Below, piece after piece: positions 1-14,479 of a stretch of DNA of 64,000 nt. Position numbers and translations under genes: made by a program. Source of the DNA: Eledone cirrhosa (taxonomy: Eukaryota); contig OZ024740.1 in NCBI GenBank assembly GCA_964016885.1, positions 331,824,001 to 331,888,000 on the forward strand, read 5' to 3'. The notes below the pieces were generated by a model that was not told the DNA's origin, made no database searches, and worked only from the letters and a program-made list of their open reading frames with translations. Position 1 is the first letter of the stretch. Each line of letters opens with the position of its first letter.

Positions 1-199
1 CTGTTAAATATTTATATTCTCTTCTGAAATGCTACAGCGAAAGAACGAAAAAAAATCCCTTTTGAACTTGTAAGCCATGCTCATGCAACACTCGTCTAAG
101 ACGTTTAGAGCAAGTGAATTGTGTGCTTCAAGCACAGTGAATAACTGGACAATCCCACTTTCACAACAATAGTGGTAGGAATACGAAAATAATAGCTCG

Positions 200-830
200 A
201 CAACAACGAGTCACAGGATATACATATGATTTTCTTCTCCTAGAACGATCTCCTTATATAGGCCAAGGTCCCGATCTCGTTGGGCTAACCGTGTGCTCCA
301 GGACTAATCCGAGTATCACAATTTCGTTCTTGGTGGATGAACTGAACCTTTATACCAACAATATAAATGGCATGAAGAATAACCTAGACCTGGTTATGAT
401 GTTCTCGAAAGATATAGAAATGGAATTTGACCAGGATAAATGTTCCTATATTTGTGTAGAGTGTGGAAAAACTACAAGCCAAACTAGCTATATCTCTATC
501 AATTCTACCCGAATGTTTCATGGGTATTAGACTGCTACAGATACTTAGGATAGAGGAAAATATATCACTTGATGGAATTTGTAACACAGAATGAGTATCC
601 ATGGAATGTAAAACAGGAATAAGAAACATATGACCTTCGAAACTCTCTGCGCTAAGAAATCAGTGGCCATAATGTGTTTCGTGTGCCTGTGCTGACACCA
701 ATATTTGTGCTACTTGACTGGACAAGAGATTCGAGTTATTGAAGTTAAAACCCTCCGACATCTACGAACAACCAGGCATAGAAGCCTACCTATAGAGCAA
801 ATCTCTCTACAAGAGGCATGTAACATCATA
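200..830 (+). mobile_element. Decayed non-LTR retrotransposon RT fragment, R4/Dong-like
   Basis: ORF 291-530 reads FLVDELNLY...LDLVMMFSKDIEMEFDQDKC, matching the R4/Dong 'L(F/Y)xDDLKLY...FSxDIxMxFGxDKC' pattern. YRYLG follows at ~537-551. Stops and frameshifts are present. Confidence 0.65.
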
Positions 831-864
831 AGGATTGGTAATGAGTTCTTTGAGAAATATTCCC

Positions 865-1408
<544 letters not shown>

Positions 1409-1565
1409 ATACATATATATATATAGTTAGGGAAGCAGAAAATTGCTATTTGTGATCCAGTTCGTGGTTGAGAAAGCCAGTTTCATGGATAGTTTCAACG
1501 TACGATCAGGGGTAACTCCACAAGTTTGTAAGAATTCCGTTCAATCTTGGAGTATAAAGTATAAA

Positions 1566-1639
1566 AGAGGTAAGCATGAAGAGAAGGGTTTTCTCCAGGT
1601 ATTTACCTGGATAAAATCCTTCTCTTAATGCTTACCTCT
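1566..1639. repeat. 36-bp-arm hairpin in a short insert between TA tracts
   Basis: agaggtaagcatgaagagaagggttttctccaggta-tt-tacctggataaaatccttctcttaatgcttacctct, with 3 mismatches. Confidence 0.85.
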
Positions 1640-2112
1640 GTTTTCTCTTTTATACTATATATATATATATACATACATATACGTATGTATATCCCAGAAA
1701 ATGCCCACACTTACGTAAAAAGGTAGTTGCATCGCTACGGCGTCTGGCACATTGCTGGCTGTGCAGTTTGGTGCATTAATTTGGTACTGCACTCGTGATG
1801 TTAGTTTGCACAATAGATTAAGTGACTGGTCTGTTGGTTAGATCTATGTAAGATGATAACAAAAGGGGAAATAAATGCGTAAACGTTATGGCTGGGAATA
1901 TGGAGTACAGATAGTGCACTTATTTATGTGCAACAAGAGACGCCAGAAGCAGGGGAAAAAGGACACCCGTTGATGAGAAGAGAAAAAGCATGCCAGTCAC
2001 TTTCTAAAGCTCCAGGCTAATATGCCGAACCAAGGGCCCATCGGTAAGAGGTGAGGTAGTGTAAGAAATAAGGAAAAATTGGAGTAAAATGAAGCCGGGA
2101 AGGATAGAAGGG

Positions 2113-2115
<3 letters not shown>

Positions 2116-2192
<77 letters not shown>
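2116..2192. repeat. (GA)n microsatellite
   Basis: Direct reading. Confidence 0.95.
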
Positions 2193-2194
<2 letters not shown>

Positions 2195-3793
2195 CCTGTG
2201 AGTATATATAAATGCATATTTATCAAAGTAGATGTTTGACATTAGAAATAATCCCTATGTAAATATACACAAAGCTGTATCAGTATTTGCTTTGCCTTGG
2301 ACAATACTGTTGGCATGGAGTTGCATAGTTGACTACTGTTCTTTCATAAAATACCTTGCCCATGCTTGGTCCTTGGCTGGTAAACTTCAAGGGGGCTCGC
2401 TATCACCGAATATGCCTTCAGTCACTCAATCAGTTAGTTATTACATACCCCACATGTATGTACATCATGCCTGCAGTCAATCTCTAATGTTCTCGATTTA
2501 TTTTTCTGTTTGTGTCTTTCTCAATGCACTGTTTAAATATCGATGGTCAGGCTTCCACATGACGTGAACGGTCAGACACATCCTTCATTCGATTAATACT
2601 GTCTTTACTATACATTTAATTGTTTCTACTTTTGGCACAAGGCCAGCAAATACTCAGTGCATTACTGGTATACATTTAATGTCAGCTCATGATGTTTGAA
2701 AACTATCAGGAATTTTGAGGGATTTATCTGGGTTTGAAACATGACACAAGAATTGTTCTCACTTCAAACTATAATGCAAGATTTTTTGATGATTAGATAA
2801 ATAAATAAGACAGTTTTTTTCAGTTTTATAGCCAAGGTTTGTTTCAGTTTCCTCTCAGATATATTTCTGTTTTCTTAGAGATTCCATTGCTATTGCTCCG
2901 ACGTGTTAGGTGAAGTAGCAATCTGCAATATAACAGGAGTTGTCTCCCTTGAACAGAGTTGCCTCCCTTAGTCCCTATTTCTGCTAAAATGTTTCATCTT
3001 TTATTCTTTTGATATCAATAAAAATAAATAATGAAATAATTCACTCCATATTTTAGTTACGCCACTTCATATATAAATTCACGTCTCGGTCAACTTTATA
3101 TCTCATCTCCCCAAACCAGACAAATAACGTACATGATAGATATCTTTGATTCTAGCTTTCCCCATAATTTGAGGCTTTGGGCCTTGTAAGAAATCGATAT
3201 TATTTTACGTAGCCCATCAATCGCATGAGCGACTTTGTAAAATATATCATAATTCTTTTGAAACATGGCATAACCATACTTTAAAAAGTTTATGATATAA
3301 TTACTATTTTTTTTTTAATCTACATAATAATTAATTATCCGTTACATTATATCCTTTTAAAGATGGGACCAACTAGGAATTGTAAATAGTAGTTGCACAT
3401 AATCTAGGTTTATTCCCGAAGGATATTTCACAGTGATAGAATTGATGGTTTAAAGAATTGTGAATAATAATAATAAATATTACCAATTGAATTCAGAATA
3501 GTTTTCTTCCTGCAATCATTGTTTCAGTCTCAGAGTTGCTGAAATACGGAATACATTATCTGCATCCTTTGTTAGCCGTCGGGATATGCATCCTTAAACC
3601 TTTCATGCTTCCTGCAATTTGCTTACAGATGTATGTGTGTTTCTGTGTGTATATCATGACTCATCCACTATTCTCTTTCCAGACATTTGTACACTATTTT
3701 ATGTACTATACCTGCACATTTGATGAGTTGTAGTGCAGCTGAGCACTGTACACAATAATTTTCGTTATTATTATTAATTCATTATTATCATTT

Positions 3794-3980
3794 GGATTGG
3801 CAGTATCGGTAGAGAGTCGCACACCATGCTTTGAAGCATAGAGTTACGTCCCTTTATGATCTGAGTTCAAATCCCGCCGAGGTTAACTTTGCCTTTCATC
3901 CTTATGGGGTCGATAAAATGAAGTACCAGCAAAACACTGGGTAATTGCTGGCCTTGTGCCAAAAGTAGAAACAATTATTA
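3794..3980 (+). mobile_element. tRNA-derived SINE with Meta-domain-like core (family A)
   Basis: A-box-like tggcagtatcggta, B-box gagttcaaatcc, core gttaactttgcctttcatccttatggggtcgataaaatgaagtaccag, tail gctggccttgtgccaaaagtagaaac. Multiple copies in the window. Confidence 0.85.
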
Positions 3981-4792
3981 TCATTGCAATTCAACTGAAC
4001 ATCAGCCGCATCAAATTGACTCACTTAAGATCTTAAGTGCCTTTCTTGGTCATCCCGCCCTCCCATCTAACAACAAACAAATTGCTTTTATTCCCTTGCT
4101 CGTTTGATATTTTCACGGGATCCAGCTTAGTCAATAATTAGGATATGATTAGGATATAATTAGGCGAATGATTTTAAGATAAATATTATAAACACATAAA
4201 CAATTGCTGATATTAATGAACTCTCGAAGAATGAGTTCTACAAATGTCAGTGTGTGGGTGTGGGGCTGCGTGTGTTCGTTCGAGAAACATGAATGTAATT
4301 GTATGCAGGGGTGTTAGAAGCCAATATATATTCACAGCAATATTAGTTAAATAATATATTTCAATTAATTTTGTGACACTATTTGCAACCTCAACGAAGC
4401 CGTTATAGGGACACACGAAAAAATACCAGTCAAATATTTTACAATGACGAAGCCAAAGACGAATCACTCGACCTGGTAGAAACAGCAACCAAGTGACTAT
4501 ATCATACCAGAATCTATGCAAAAAGGTAGCCTCTAATAAATCATTTGACCGGCTAGAAATAACAGAAAATGTTTATTATATTATGCTCAGCCCTCCCTAA
4601 AGTTATGGAACCACATACAATACCGTGAAAGTAATTACTGACATTTCAGAAAGGTAATGTTTTGACGCTATGATTTATAGGTATGAGCTTATATCTGCAG
4701 TACTTAACAACTTAGATTAAACAAAACAAGGCAGGTGAAATATTTATTATATGTGGGATTGATTTGTGGTAACCTGGGTTTAAACACCAATA

Positions 4793-4965
4793 ATGTTTCT
4801 ACTTTGGAACAAGGCCAGCAATTACCCAGTACATTACTGGTACTTTATTTTATCGACCCCGTAAGGAGGAAAGGCAAAGTAAACCTGGTGGATTTGAACT
4901 CAGACTGTAACTATGCTGGAAAGCATGGCGTCCTACTCTACCGATACTGACAAATCACCGCCCTT
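4793..4965 (-). mobile_element. SINE family A copy
   Basis: ctggtactttattttatcgaccccgtaaggaggaaaggcaaagtaaacc...gatttgaactcaga is the reverse complement of the family A core and B box. Confidence 0.8.
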
Positions 4966-5069
4966 TAAACACCATTAGTTTAAACACCAATAATACATCA
5001 TCGGTAAAACAAAAGTTCCTTCCCTTGGACTATTGATATTATTTGTTACTTTTTTCCATATGACATTAC

Positions 5070-5418
5070 CAAGTCTCGAATAATCGCACCCCCGACCCCC
5101 ACGTCTTAACTTTTCGGAATTTCTCCAACCACCCCGCCGCTTCTTAAATTCTACTAATTTATCTCCGAGCAAATTTTATTTTAAGTGGTAGCATTCCAGT
5201 GACAACTAATTTTTTTATACATTAAAAAGCAGTATATATGACAAAAAAATAATTCTGTTTTTTTTTTTAAATAAACGGAGACAACCTAGAAAAATTACCG
5301 ATTTTCAAACCCTTCCCCCGCTCATCTATCTCCAGCGAAATTTTATTTTAAGAGGTAACATTCCAGAAAGAATTAATTTTTTAATACATAAAAAACAACA
5401 ACAACATTATATATGACC
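5070..5418. mobile_element. Non-autonomous DNA-transposon-like fragment with internal ~180-bp duplication
   Basis: The segment aaattttattttaagtggtagcattccag...tatatgac occurs twice (~5170 and ~5340). A related sequence appears in reverse at ~17600-17780. Family not determined. Confidence 0.35.
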
Positions 5419-5419
5419 A

Positions 5420-5605
5420 CTGATGTCGGGGAACTTACTTAGTGGACACCTGCAAGATTATTAACCATCTTGCCAACAACAACCCTGAGCACTTTTTTTA
5501 ATTCCATGTGTCTAACACCCGTGGACATGCTTACAAAATCAGAAAACAACACAGCTCCCATGACTTTCGAAAATATTTCTGCACGCTCAGAGTTGCTGAA
5601 GTGTT
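5420..5605 (+). mobile_element. CR1/L2-type LINE 3' fragment
   Basis: Translates to SNTRGHAYKIRKQHSSHDFRKYFCTLRVAEV, the typical CR1-group C-terminal 'TRGH..K.....R..FF..RV' motif. Confidence 0.7.
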
Positions 5606-5732
5606 GAGGAGAGTTCTAATCCCTATATGGCAGAAGGTGACTGTAATCTGTTGGTGAGTCGAACAACATCACCGGGCACTTTATTGTGTCCAGTTGTGGC
5701 TACTCTGTTGTTAAGTTTTAGACCGGGAGTCA

Positions 5733-6415
5733 TGTATGTTCTTCTGGTTTTATCATTTCACAAATGTTTGCCAATAGAGAGAGAGCCGGTTTCTAACATA
5801 GACACAAGACTCTCCCATTGGAATTTGTAGAACATCAACTAGGTAGATATGTATGTATGCATGCATGCATGTGTGTGCAGGTATGGCTGTTGTTGTATGT
5901 GTGGATGTGGATGTTTTTAGTTGTATGTGTGCATGTGCATATACTTTGTATCTGTACAAGTCCATATGCAGTTATTAGATGCAGAATTTTTGGAATGTTT
6001 TACATATTTTTACTGTTCCATTAATGGATTGTACTTATAATTTCCTAACTAGTCGTATTTTTTCTGTTTCTGTGAAGCTCAACTTCTCAAGATCTGTACT
6101 GAGGCAGTTACTAACATATCCCAGTCCCCCAACAATAATCACAGGCATAAATATGAAGGTATAGTCAGGGTGGAGTATCTGTAGATTTCTTATTAGTTCT
6201 GCATAGATATTCTCCTTTTCGCTAATCTTTGATATTATATTGGCATCTGCTGGGCAGCTAACTTCCACTACTGTGCTTGCCTTCTTTTCCCTCTCCCATA
6301 TCATTATATCTGGTCTGTTATGCCTGCATTTTATTGGGGTTTTTACTGGAACATTCCACCAGTTCTTTTTCAAATTATGTGTATATGTTTTCAACATTGC
6401 TGTAGCTTTTAATGT
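5733..6415 (-). mobile_element. R4/Dong-like RLE retrotransposon 3' end (copy 1)
   Basis: ORF 6035-6526 contains RHNRPDIMIWEREKK...VVEVSCPADANI...EKENIY...PVIIVGGLG, a PD-(D/E)xK restriction-like endonuclease. The 3' UTR runs to ~5733. Confidence 0.8.
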
Positions 6416-6418
6416 ATG

Positions 6419-6452
<34 letters not shown>

Positions 6453-6486
6453 TGTATGTATGTATGCATGTATGTATGTATGTATG

Positions 6487-6850
6487 TATGTTCTTCTGGT
6501 TTTATAATTTCACAAAGTTTTACCAATAGAGAGAGAGTCGGTTTCTAACATAGACACAAGACTCTCTCATTGGAATTTACACAACATCAACTAGGTAGAT
6601 ATGTATGTATGCATGCATGTGTAGATATGGATGTTATTGTATGTGTGGATGTGTATGTTTTGAGTTGTATGTGTGCATGTGTATATGCTTTGTATCTGTA
6701 CATGTGTATATGCAGTTATTAGATGCAAAATTTTTGTAATGTTTTACATATTTTTACTGTTCCATTAATGGATTGTACTTGTAATTTCCTAACTAGTTGT
6801 GTTCTTTCTGTTCCTATGAAGCCTAGCTTCTCAAGATTTGTATTGAGGCA
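6487..6850 (-). mobile_element. R4/Dong-like 3' end (copy 2, shorter), flanked by (TATG)n
   Basis: Near-identical to 5735-6105. (TATG)n lies at 6416-6490 and 6851-6970. Confidence 0.8.
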
Positions 6851-7776
6851 TGTATGTATGTATGTATGTATGTATGTATGTATGTATGTATGTATGTATG
6901 TATGTATGTATGTATGTATGTATGTATGTATGTATGTATGTATGTATGTATGTATGTATGTATGCATGTATGTGTTGAGAATATGGGTGTATGAGTGTAG
7001 GTGTTTTAGTATTTATTATAATATAGCATTAAATTAAACACTATTAATGTAGTGTAGACTCCCGTCTTCGGAAAGCTTTTCTGACTAACTCAGACATTGA
7101 TATCAATATTCTCTGGAAGATCAACATCAACATCTATCACTGTTGCTGCTGCTCTTATTGCTACTAGGGTTGGGAGAAGGACTATTACGTATAGGGAATA
7201 GGTTCAACGTTCTTGCTTTGTCTAGTTTTACCTCAGCACATAACCTGCCAGCTTTAATCCATTCTGGTTCGATAAATCTACTCCATGGAAGTTCTTAGCG
7301 TCATTCCATAGATTGTGCTCTCCCACTGAAATATTCTGAGGACATGTGCCAATGGAAGAAACCTTATTACCAGGAGCTCTCACATTTTGAAGAATTGTGC
7401 TCACGGTGTGCCAAAATGATTAATCAATTTCTATTCATATTTAAGCATACTTCAATTCATCTCTTCCATCGCATACTATCTGTTAGTTATATATAAAAAT
7501 CTCCATCGAATCGCGCATTAAACACATACGGTAAACAAAAACAAAAAACGATGACATGTGCCTAAAGTGCCTAAAGTACAGACTGATTGGCCACGGATAT
7601 ATGGTATTTCATTTTAGATCTATTCCATCATGTGTGACCTTGTCCCAAACAAGTATTTGTAGAGATTGTTTAGCACGTAAAATTATAGAGAAAAATTAAT
7701 TTGCGAAAACGTTTCCATTCTTGGCGTTATTTTTAGTTTCACGTTCCCCTCTCCCACAGATGTAATTGCCAGATTC

Positions 7777-7777
<1 letters not shown>

Positions 7778-7867
<90 letters not shown>

Positions 7868-7882
7868 TGCGTGCGTGCGTGC

Positions 7883-7920
<38 letters not shown>

Positions 7921-7934
7921 GTGTGTGTGTGTGC

Positions 7935-8017
<83 letters not shown>

Positions 8018-8062
8018 CGTGTGTATATATGTATATATAGAGAGAAAGAGAGAGAGAGAGAA
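7778..8062. repeat. Compound (TA)/(GT)n/(GCGT)n/(GA)n microsatellite
   Basis: Direct reading. Confidence 0.95.
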
Positions 8063-9274
8063 TAAGAGAGGGAGGGGAGATGCAAATTCAATATGTATAA
8101 ATGAAAGTTAGGAGAATTTAAAATTCTATGGTCGTGCAACATCTGACATCTGTGTAAGCTTTTTGTGTTCATAGGCGAGTGGGATAATTACAATTGATGC
8201 AAATAATTTATAAAGCAACATTCTGGATCCTGTCTTTCGTTAAGAGTGAGGAAAAGAGAGAAAAGTGTATTAATGCTGTTTCGTTAGATATTAACTGTAT
8301 CGAAGGTGAATGGACAGCATCGTTACAGTGTTTGCTAGATTGCTCTAGAATCTATCGGAACCTTTAAAATAATGTGCCAGTCAGGGCAATAGATTTCCGG
8401 AATCGTTAGAGCGTCAGATGAGAGAGTTTTTTTTTTTTTTTTTAATATTCTAGCTCTTTGTATTATGAGGTCAAATTTCACAATCACCTTCTTGCGTGGT
8501 AGACATAACCTGTACTTCGGTTTAACATAGCCATCTGGCACTTTGATTTTTGTAGTTGAGACCACTGTTGTAAGCATTCCTGCTAGGTGCTCCATTTGAT
8601 AATACATCCCTCCTTCCAATAGCCCATCTGAAAGGATGATAGGCACTACCCTTATCTAATTAAACAGCTAAAAAATGTGAATATATTTATCGGGATAAAT
8701 TAATTAAAGCAGCTGATTTTCAAGCTACTTTATTTTTTAAATTATTAATAATACACAAATACTAAGTCATGCAATCACTGGAACATAAAATTACAATTCT
8801 AATCAGCTTGACCCTGTTAGAAATATCAGCTAAATAAATCAGAGCTGCAAATATTTTATTTGGTGCTATACCACAACGTACTGAACTTAGGCAACACAAA
8901 TAAATACACGCGTGCACATAAATACATACATACATTTGCCCGTTATTGTATACAATTAGTCATTATATATACTTTTAGACTGACTGACTCGAAAAAAACA
9001 TCAACAAGGGAGAACATTTATAAACTAAGGTATATAACTTGGTTTTGAATTATCTCCCTTGTTGTGGTTGATATTACAACTCGTTGTTTAGTACAATGAT
9101 GCATGCATGTTCCTGTGTCTCTGAGGTTGTCGTAGAGGCAGGTAGTGACATAAAACGTCATTTAAACCTGGTGCAACCCATCTCCACTTAAGGTATAAAT
9201 ACAGCCCATTTCTCCCAGGGAAGGTTATATGGTGAAAGAATGAAAGTTAGAAACAGATATAAAAGAAAAATCGC

Positions 9275-9410
9275 CCCCTGCATTTGATTGGTACTTTTTT
9301 TATCGACCTGAGAAGGATGAAAAGCAAAGTTGATGACGGTGAAATTTGAATTCAGATAGCAAGAAGTGGAAATGAATACGACAGAACATTCTATCCGGTG
9401 TTCTCTGCCT
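9275..9410 (-). mobile_element. SINE family A, diverged copy
   Basis: ggtactttttttatcgacctgagaaggatgaaaagcaaagttga...atttgaattcaga. Confidence 0.65.
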
Positions 9411-10058
9411 TAGTACAATGATAATGAGCACAAATATACGGTCGGTTATGGAAATTAAACCCTTAACTCGTCTATGAGCAATACAAATTTCGACTGATTC
9501 TGATAACTGCAGTTATATTTTTAGATTAAAGAGAAAAAAATGAAAATACTCATAAGCGACAGATTTCTTTCCACCAATATTATCCCCAGTAAAACAAGCC
9601 TGTTATCAAATTCGAGTGACCACAAATAATCACCCTGGCTGGACGAAGCAGGAAGCATGCATTGTAGATTGAATAACATTTAACTCTCAGTCATCAGTAG
9701 AAATTAGTATTGCCTTGTATTCTGGTTAAATCAATATGCTGCGTAATATGACTTTTACGTTTGTGTTCATATATCAATTAAAGGTAACTTGTTAACTATG
9801 AGTAGCGCAGTTTAAATATAGTTTATTTTAAATATATATTTATAATTTAAACTGGGATAAATTTGTAGACTTTCGAACTGAAATAACGCTTGACCACACG
9901 ATGGCACCTCTACTCAGCGGTCGCTTCACTAGAAATAGCAGCTCGTAACAGAAACTATTAGATACTGATTTCAATATTGATATGATAATTAATTTATAAA
10001 AAAGTACTCACACATATTTCTAATCTCACAATATATGTTTATGTACATATATATATAA

Positions 10059-10062
<4 letters not shown>

Positions 10063-10134
<72 letters not shown>

Positions 10135-10264
10135 GTGTGTGCGTGTGTGTGTGTGTGTGCGTGCGTGCGTACATGTGTGTGTGTGTGTGTGTGTGTGCGT
10201 GCGTGCGTGCGTGTGCGTGTGTGGGTGGGTGTGTGTGCGTGTGTGTGTGTGCGTGTGGGTGTGT
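10063..10264. repeat. (GT)n/(GCGT)n microsatellite
   Basis: Direct reading. Confidence 0.95.
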
Positions 10265-11719
10265 TGCTAAGACCGGGGAGACCACTAATCCTGAGAGTAC
10301 TCAGTGCATGCGGAGACACACACACACATTATTACGGGCCTGAAAACCCCTTTGAAATGCAACGTCATAAGAGGACGGCTAAACCTAAGCGGGTGCTAGA
10401 GGAATCAACATGTATGGGCAGAAAGCCTAAAGATGTAGAAGTGTATCATGAATATTTACAATCTGGCGAAATATATATTTCTTGGCAGAGGTGTCTAGCC
10501 ATATTTACTATTCAATATTACTTTACCCATCATTACTGAAATCAGATGTAATTATCTAGAATTTTCAGGCTTATAATATAACCAGTGAGAATCTCACTAT
10601 ATAATGTACATGCTTGTTGCTGTTGTATAGTTTCATGTCAGTCCTAAGGGATACGTTATTGGTGAAAGATATTGCAGCCAGGACTATATAAACTTTTGTA
10701 TTAGACATAGCATGTCACCACATTACTTTTTCTTTAACATGTTATTATGTTATTTGAGTAAAATTTAGCTGTTATTTCTAACAGAGCAACTGATAGTGTC
10801 GCAGTTGTCTGGAACCATTGCCTAGTTGGCGAAAGATGCTCGCATTCGATTTTGAAGCCTCTAAAAAAAAAGACACACCCTAAAATACTAATACTATGAA
10901 TAATAATTTAAATTTCAATAGTAAAATGTGTAACATTCATGTTTTAATCATTTTCTCATGCCACCCTACATGTTCTTATACCCTTGCTATTCGTCTCTAG
11001 TACAAGAAAATACTACACACCTGGTTTTAGCAGTCCATCGATGTTTCAAAAAGAACATTCATTTATGTTCAATCTCAGTTTAAAGTCGCAAAACCGCACG
11101 CACAAAATCAATTGTGTCTGATGCATGGGAAGTAACTCATGATAGCATGAAATCTATAAATTTCCTTTGTCTTAGGTCTCTTTGTATTAATTAGATCCTT
11201 TGCATATGTAGGCGGTAGAGACAATTCTTGCAGATAATTTATCTCAGTATCCACGATAACTTAATAAAATATTTACGTATTTATTGATATGACACACAGG
11301 TGAGAGACATCAAATGACATCAACTGACAATGCTTTTTCTTTGATAATGTATAATCAGAGAGGAAGAGCGGGGAAAGATAGCTTATTAACGTTTATAATC
11401 CTGACGTCTTTTCTCATTCAAGTGTTTTCTCTTATTATAGTAAATTTAAATAGATTCTTATGATTGTTATTATTGTTATTATTTTCAAGTCTGTTGATGT
11501 AACCTGTATTCTAAGTTAATGAGACATTCGACAATTCTAATGTTGACGCTGCTTATGATGGCCAGACAGATAATATATCTACATACAGTTAAGTGGACTG
11601 TTCTTGTTGAAACTGTTTCACGAGTGTAGAATAGTTGTAATACCACTTGTGATCTTCTCACTTATCTCTATACTATACGCAATGCCTCTGATTATTTACA
11701 TACGAAGAGGGGTGCTACT

Positions 11720-11900
11720 TTGTGGTCATTTGTTCTGCTAGAAATAACAGCTAAATGCCCGCAAATATAACCCCACTCTCTTAAGAAGGGAAAACACATT
11801 CGATAATATAATCATTGATACACGAAAAAAAAAAAAAGATTGGAGAATGTCATGGCTAGATTGATTTTGAAATTCGGGTTATAGTTAACATGGGGGCCAA
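11720..11900 (+). repeat. Dispersed repeat family (ctagaaata(a/g)cagc motif)
   Basis: Related pieces at ~4540-4700, ~8810, ~9925, ~10750 (reverse) and ~41420-41580. Class unknown. Confidence 0.4.
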
Positions 11901-13149
11901 ACGGCAATATGACCAGCATCAATAAAACAACAACAATTCCAGTAGGCCTAAGTGAGAACTATTAAATGTGGGTGTTGTGATATACATGCCTTTCCCAGGA
12001 TTATTAGAACAAACAATTACATGATTTCAAGAAATATTTCATTGGGAACTGGTCTTCATAACGAATGCCATTGTTGGTTGTTTTGATAGGGTAGCTTGCC
12101 GTATTTAGTTGTCACACATTAATGCGAGGATTCATCGTCGGTCTATACGCTGGGCAATTAGTTCATTTATCAACTGAACGCTCAATTGTGGAATTAATGT
12201 GTATGTTGGTGTTGAGTACTCAGCAGATGCGTACATTTAACATAATTTCCAATCCATATCAGCGTGACACTTTATGTGAAAAGCGATTTGATGGGTCTCG
12301 ATTTAGTCTCTGTCTCTCAATTTGTATTCAGAAGTTTTAGGTAGACCCGAGGCTATTGATATTGGCACTTGACCAAGTGGGGTCAAACTCAGAACCTCAT
12401 GATAGCGAAGAAAAATTCCTAACCACTGACCCATGCCTGCAATATTAACAAAATATTAATATAGTTGTACAATCAAAACAAGTGTTAAAATTGGCAAGAT
12501 TTTATTAGATTTATTGTAATGGGTTTGCGTATATTGGTTAGGAAAAGAAAATTAGATGATAAAGCTGTGACTACTTTTGATTCAAACATGCGTTGATAAA
12601 TATAAAATATTCAGATTAGTTTCAATTTATTTTATCTTGCCGAGGTTAACTTTGCCTTTCATCTTTCCGGAGTCGATAAAATAAAGTACCAGTCACGTAT
12701 ACTTACCACACAGGACATGCTGGTTCGAACAATCGTAAAGCCGGTGGTGACGTACGTAATATTGTGAAACAAGAAATGTTTATCTTAATTTCTTAAGTAT
12801 GTTAGCACTGACTACTATTTATTTTGTGCTTCTGTTAACCTGCATGTAACTGGCATGTTTCTGACAGCCGACATACAATGTATAAAGAGAGGAGAAAAGA
12901 AGCACAATTTTCTTTCATTTCCTAATAGATAGACAATTTTAATGTGCTGCTTGCAGCTATTCTATAGCCCACACACTGATTTCAAAATTTTAATACATTA
13001 TAGTAATTTTGCTATATATTTGCACAGGGGACTTAATTCTACAGTTTTTGTAACTGTTAGCTTTTTCGTGTCTATTGTAGAGTTAAGCACAGCTTCCTAC
13101 GGAAACTGTGTCTCCGACACATTTTCAATTTCCTGTTGCAGCCAATTCA

Positions 13150-13335
13150 TTTCTAATAGACAGTTGATGGGTCATCCGTCAGTTTAGACGATTCACATTC
13201 AGTTGTTCGATCAACTGAACTACCCACTCGTTAAATTAACGTCTGAGTGGCGGAGTATAGCCCAGACACATCTACACTTTATTTAAATCTAAGGTCGAAT
13301 CAGCGTGACACGCTTTGTGACAAAGCTGGACCTTT
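13150..13335 (-). mobile_element. SINE family B, 3' half
   Basis: Reverse complement resembles 59500-59650 (ccttgtcacaat...cacgttgaattt...gttcagattgactgg). A further diverged copy lies at ~12130-12290. Confidence 0.55.
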
Positions 13336-14015
13336 AAAATACAAGTATAAACCAATTTCACTTACAAAGCTTGGGCCAACATGATATGATAAAATTAACT
13401 AATCCAAGATGTAGCAGAAGTGGATCGGACAATGGATTTCATTTTGTGAAAAGAAATAGGTAACGAATCGATGATGCCTATGTGCATCATTACATGGTTA
13501 GTCCATTATCCGCATTGATGTGACAATTTAAAACACGATTCCCTCTTCTGAAGGAACTTTCTACTGAATCAAAGAAACAAAAACAAATTAAGGACTATTC
13601 CTCCTGTAGAAATGTGGAGATGTATGTAACGGTGGCATGCAATGAAAAAACGTAATTGAAATAAAATCCTGGTGTGAAAGTAAATGGAAATTTAAAAGAG
13701 AGCGAGAGAGAAGAAGAAATAAATGGAGTTGGGGGACAGAGTTCCTGTAAGTGTGAGAAGGTCAGAAATCTGGGTGTGAAGTGACGAAGCGAGTAGATTC
13801 TAATAATTAGAGATGGGAGGTATAAAGAGCTAGTCTCTCTCACAAGCTAAGGTAGTCGTCCAGTTATTGTTCTTAGAGTTGCTAGTTTAACACATTATTA
13901 ATTTGGTCAGCTGCAAAGCTTACTTCCTTTTACAATCACTAAATAAATATTCGCCGATGATTCTATCCAATATAACAAACCAAAATCAAACAGTAATATT
14001 GATTAGTTTCATGTA

Positions 14016-14218
<203 letters not shown>

Positions 14219-14479
14219 CGTACGTTAGGGTTTACAAACAAGGAAACTACTCAATACCAAAGTAGAGAATATATATTTATTACATTACTAAAACCACTTT
14301 CTGATGCTACTCAGAGTTTCGCAGTTTGTCGATGATCGTGAAACTGGAAATAATTTTACATGACACACTATATATAGCAAATATATTGGGTATATCTACT
14401 ATATTCATAAACTAGAAGGGAATATTTTTTCCGCTTTATTTTTTCTTCTTTTTCTTTTTCTACTTTTCTTTGTAGAATA

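Noticed and set aside
3794-3880. tRNA-like A/B boxes as a tRNA gene
   Set aside because: No cloverleaf, and it is followed by a SINE core and tail with many dispersed copies.
8335-8646. Possible minus-strand exon (DGLLEGGMYYQMEHL...KPKYR) with ag/gt-like borders
   Set aside because: No recognisable homology or partner exons, and such splice-like signals are common by chance.
9140-9215. TATA-like ggtataaatacag with nearby tgac/gtca motifs
   Set aside because: Not distinguishable from chance in AT-rich DNA, and no downstream gene is evident.
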